A program made the position numbers and the translations under genes. Source: Chiloscyllium plagiosum (taxonomy: Eukaryota). Taken from it: a stretch of 64,000 bases of DNA. Positions 60,511 to 64,000 of the stretch are shown one piece after another. Below the pieces are notes generated by a model, which did no database searches, was not told where the DNA came from, and was given only the letters and a program-made list of their open reading frames with translations. Location: NCBI RefSeq assembly GCF_004010195.1, contig NC_057720.1, positions 6,562,491 to 6,626,490 of the forward strand. Direction: 5' to 3'. The stretch's first letter is position 1; every line of letters begins with the position of its first letter.

Positions 60511-60959
60511 ACTGCCTGTTGGCTACCTGAATACATTTTGAGCAGGAAACTGCCATTTTTAAATATAATACTTTCAGTGTGTCACATGACCAAGTAGACA
60601 ACATCCGATGTCTACATGATGACTCATGCACATCTCAGAAGCCCTGTCAGTTCAGCGTTCCCTTTGTACTGTACTTACTGTCGGTCTGGTTTATCTGCTC
60701 TTGCCTCTGGAGTGGTGTTTAAGCAAAAAGTCAATGAACACTGAACACCTTCCACTGAATCAAGCTTGATGTAACGTAAGTACCAAGGAAGTATCAGTGA
60801 CTTAGTATTGACTTGGTGATCTCTATCATGTTTAGTCTGTATTTCCATTTCTGAAAATTACCCTACGATAAAAGACTCTCAATATTTTTACGTTGTTTAA
60901 AGTCCCTGCCTCACTATTGGAAGAGAATGGTTTTAAGGTTAAAAGGAACATGTTCAGGA

Positions 60960-61330
60960 TAGCAACCTGCAACCAGTCGAGTGCCACAGGGATCAGTGCT
61001 GGGACCACAATTGCTTCAATATTTATCAATGAGTTGGAGGATGGAAGTGAGTGCAGCAGGTTTGCAACGATAACACAAAAATAGATGGGAAGGCAAATAG
61101 TGAGCTGAAAATGTGTTGCTGGAAAAGCGCAGCAGGTCAGGCAGCATCCAGGGAACAGGAGAATCGACATTTCGGGCATAAGCCCTTCCTCAGGATGCTG
61201 CCTGACCTGCTGCGCTTTTCCAGCAACACATTTTCAGCTCTGATCTCCAGCATCTACAGTCCTCACTTTCTCTCAAAGGCAAATAGTGAGGGTGACTACC
61301 AGTGAGGGCTACAGAGATAAAGCAGTGAAC
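60960..61330 (+). mobile_element. CR1 RT fragment with a palindromic PLE insert (61105-61275)
   Basis: VPQGSVLGP..IFINELE; perfect 15-bp TSD AAGGCAAATAGTGAG at 61090-61104 and 61276-61290. Confidence 0.85.
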
Positions 61331-61349
61331 ATGAAGGTTATCAGATCAT

Positions 61350-61640
61350 TGGATTAGATTCTGTACAGTGTGGAAACAGGCCCTTCGGCCCAACAGGTCC
61401 ACACCGAAACTCCGAAGAGTAACCCACCCAAATCCCTTTCCCACTGACTAATGCACCTAATTGACAATTTAGCATGGCCAATTCACCTAACCTGCACATC
61501 TTTGGACTGTGGGAGGAAACCCACGCAGACACGAGGAGAATGTGCAAACTCCACACAGACAGTCATCCAAGGTTGGAATTGAACCTGGGACCCTGGTGCT
61601 GTGAGGCAACAGTGCTAACCACTGAGCCACTGTGCCACCC
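61350..61640 (-). mobile_element. HE1/V-SINE
   Basis: Head, V-domain and tail. Confidence 0.9.
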
Positions 61641-61874
61641 TAATTAAATGACACACCTCTGCTCTTGTGCCTTACGGCCTAATTCTTTCTCTTCCTTTGC
61701 AACATTTTTATTGAGTTATCAATAGAGTGTAGACGTGGCAGGCTGGCCCAGCATTTACTGCCTATCTCTTAATTGTCCTTGAGAAAAGATAGTGAGCTAT
61801 TTCCTTGAACCACTGCAGTTCATCTGGTGTGGGTGCAACTGCAGTACTGTTAGGGAGAGTTAAGGATACTTGCT

Positions 61875-62441
61875 CCTTTTTTCAGAGAGGTCGTAAAAGC
61901 CACAGACTCTGAAGAGTCTCAGTTGAAGAGTTTCAAGGCCAATTTGATTATAGCTAACAGATACTGCCTCAGACAAATGGCTTTCAAGTTTTCTTTTAAA
62001 TCATTTGTACAATGAAAGGGGAGTGACCAGTTCTCCCAGCTCAGAATTTTTCTGGTTTGGTTTGGTTGTAGCACAGTTGTATTGTAAAAGTTGCTGGACC
62101 CATAGAAGCAGGCCCATGCTGACCTCTCTCTGACTTCTCTCCTGTAAGACCCTGTGTTTGAGTTTACCTTTTGTGCCAAGGGGTGTTTATGGGGATTGTT
62201 GCAATTTTTGGGAAAAGTATAATTAAGTTGGAATAATCTGTTCGGTTTTCAGATAGGTTAAGTTATTTTGTATTCTGTACTCTTTTATTTGTGTTTATTT
62301 GGGATTTGCAAATAAATTCTGTTTTGTTTAAAACAAAGTGGTTTGACCAGCTCCATCACTCCTGGACTATCCACCTTACACCTGCTTAAAACAACTAGCT
62401 TTCTTGAAGGGGGTTTTGAGGGGGTCTGGCCTGGTCCATAA
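61875..62441 (+). mobile_element. Possible solo/partial LTR
   Basis: AATAAA near 62311 followed by a T-rich tract; terminates in ..GGTCCATAACA; 5' TG end and TSD not identified. Confidence 0.4.
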
Positions 62442-63734
62442 CACTGATGATTGATCATTGTCATTTCACTGATGGAAGGAGCGAGAATCCAAAGCACTGA
62501 ACAGATTCAAAGTAATTTGCTTTTGAGGAAATGGCAACAGAAGGAAAACCTTTTGAGGTGGTGAGTGGTTGGGCCCTGACACAGGGGTAGAGGCTGATTC
62601 AACTAAGGCTCCCAGGAGAGATAATTATTTCAGAAAGGAAAAACATAAGGAGCTGCGTGGCGAAAGAGAGGGAGTGACATTAGGAGAAATACTGCTTCCA
62701 AGAGCTGGTACAGTTATGATAGACTTAATGGCGTCTTCTCATGCTGTCACCACTCTCTGATTCTATGACCGCCCCATGGGAAGTTCCAAATTTCAAATAA
62801 CACTTGGACTTACTTTGAATTACGATTAAACTTTGGACGGACAATTTGCATCAGTCCCAAAGCAAGTTACTTAACTGCATTGGCTGTCCTTAAAAGTAGG
62901 TCAGTCTTGTATTAGACTCTCTGGTGGCTTTGCCTCCCCTTATCCCTTGCTAACCATCCATCTCCCATGAATCTTGTGTTGGGTAGTTATGCAGTTATAC
63001 AGTGAGGCATCTGATAATCCACAATGTCATTATCAGAATCCATTAGCGACAGTTGCAGTCATATTCAACTCTTAGTTGTTGCAAACATTTTACAATGTCA
63101 GACAAAGGTTCAGAACGAGAAATATTGAAGTCTGAGAGATGCAGTTAGGACTAATCTAACCTGTACGCTCAGGTTTCTGAATATACTCAGGTAAAGGTGA
63201 CCCATATTTGAGACCATCTGTGCCTACAGGAAACATGACTCAGCACAGAAGATGTTCTGTCATTCACAGCAATTACCAGAGAGAATGGAATTTGCTTCTT
63301 AAATAACTTGACTACTCATCTATCTGCCACTGTTTAGGACAGATAGGGATGGAAATTCTAGGCCTTCGATGAGGGAACTGGCAGAATAGACCAGGCGAGC
63401 AGGGAAGATCAAGCACTTGAAAGAGTTGAAGACTGGAGGGGATCGAGGCATGAAGATATCGAAAGGGGAGCACTGGGCTGCCTGAGGTCGGGAACATAGA
63501 CTAAGAGAGGGTAAGGGAGACTAGGGGTAAGGGATTGAGTGAATGGGGGATCTGCAAGAGGGAGGGTAAAATCAGCAAAGGGAAACTATGGCCAGGCATC
63601 AGAAGACAGAGGGAGCAGACATGTAAACGAACCAGGGGTAGAGGGAATTACTTTGAGGAAGGGGGAAGATTGGGAAGCAATGGGAAGTGAGGGGAACAAG
63701 TGAGAGACCAAGTGGCTGGGTGGAGTGAATGAAA

Positions 63735-64000
63735 GCAGAAGAGTCATTCCAGACTCAAAATGTTATCTCTGTTTCTCTCTCCACAGATGCTGCTGGACCT
63801 GTTGGCTTTCTCCAGCATTGTCTGGGCATGCATTACTGTTCATGCCTAATTGCCCTGGACAGGGAGGGAGTGAGTTGGCTTCTTGAACTGCTGCAGTCCA
63901 TGAGGTATAGGTACCCTGTAAGGAAGGGTATTCCAGGATCTTGACCCAACGGTAATGAAGGAACAGGGATATATTTCCAAGTCAGGCTGGTGAGTGGTTC
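63735..64000. mobile_element. PLE pLTR remnant (63735-63822, +) and 3' end of the 44935-type LINE (63830-64000, -)
   Basis: CTCTCCACAGATGCTGCTGGACCTG; TTCCAGGATCTTGACC..GAAGGAAC..ATATATTTCCAAGTCAGG matches the reverse complement of 45660-45720. Confidence 0.65.

Overview
Eukaryotic, repeat-dominated, apparently intergenic or intronic DNA from a cartilaginous fish. The V-SINE/HE1 SINEs, HER1/CR1 LINEs and Penelope-like families point to a shark. I found no intact protein-coding gene; nearly all ORFs in the track come from transposons or simple repeats. Main contents: (1) many CR1 LINE fragments, including one 5'-truncated 3.8 kb copy with esterase ORF1, APE and RT; (2) HE1 and other tRNA-derived SINEs, plus Rex1/Babar, L2, Tigger-type MITE and Gypsy relics; (3) at least four Penelope-like element (PLE) families whose pseudo-LTRs carry minimal hammerhead-ribozyme motifs, mostly as short palindromic insertions with 13-19 bp target-site duplications; (4) a ~7.5 kb 23/28-bp minisatellite with higher-order structure; (5) a decayed, transposon-interrupted CLIP1 (CLIP-170)-like pseudogene; (6) a nested local inverted duplication; (7) several transposon-free AT-rich islands that may be conserved enhancers. 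There are two assembly gaps. Element boundaries were read by eye and are approximate. Comparisons to known proteins and consensus sequences are from memory and need database confirmation.
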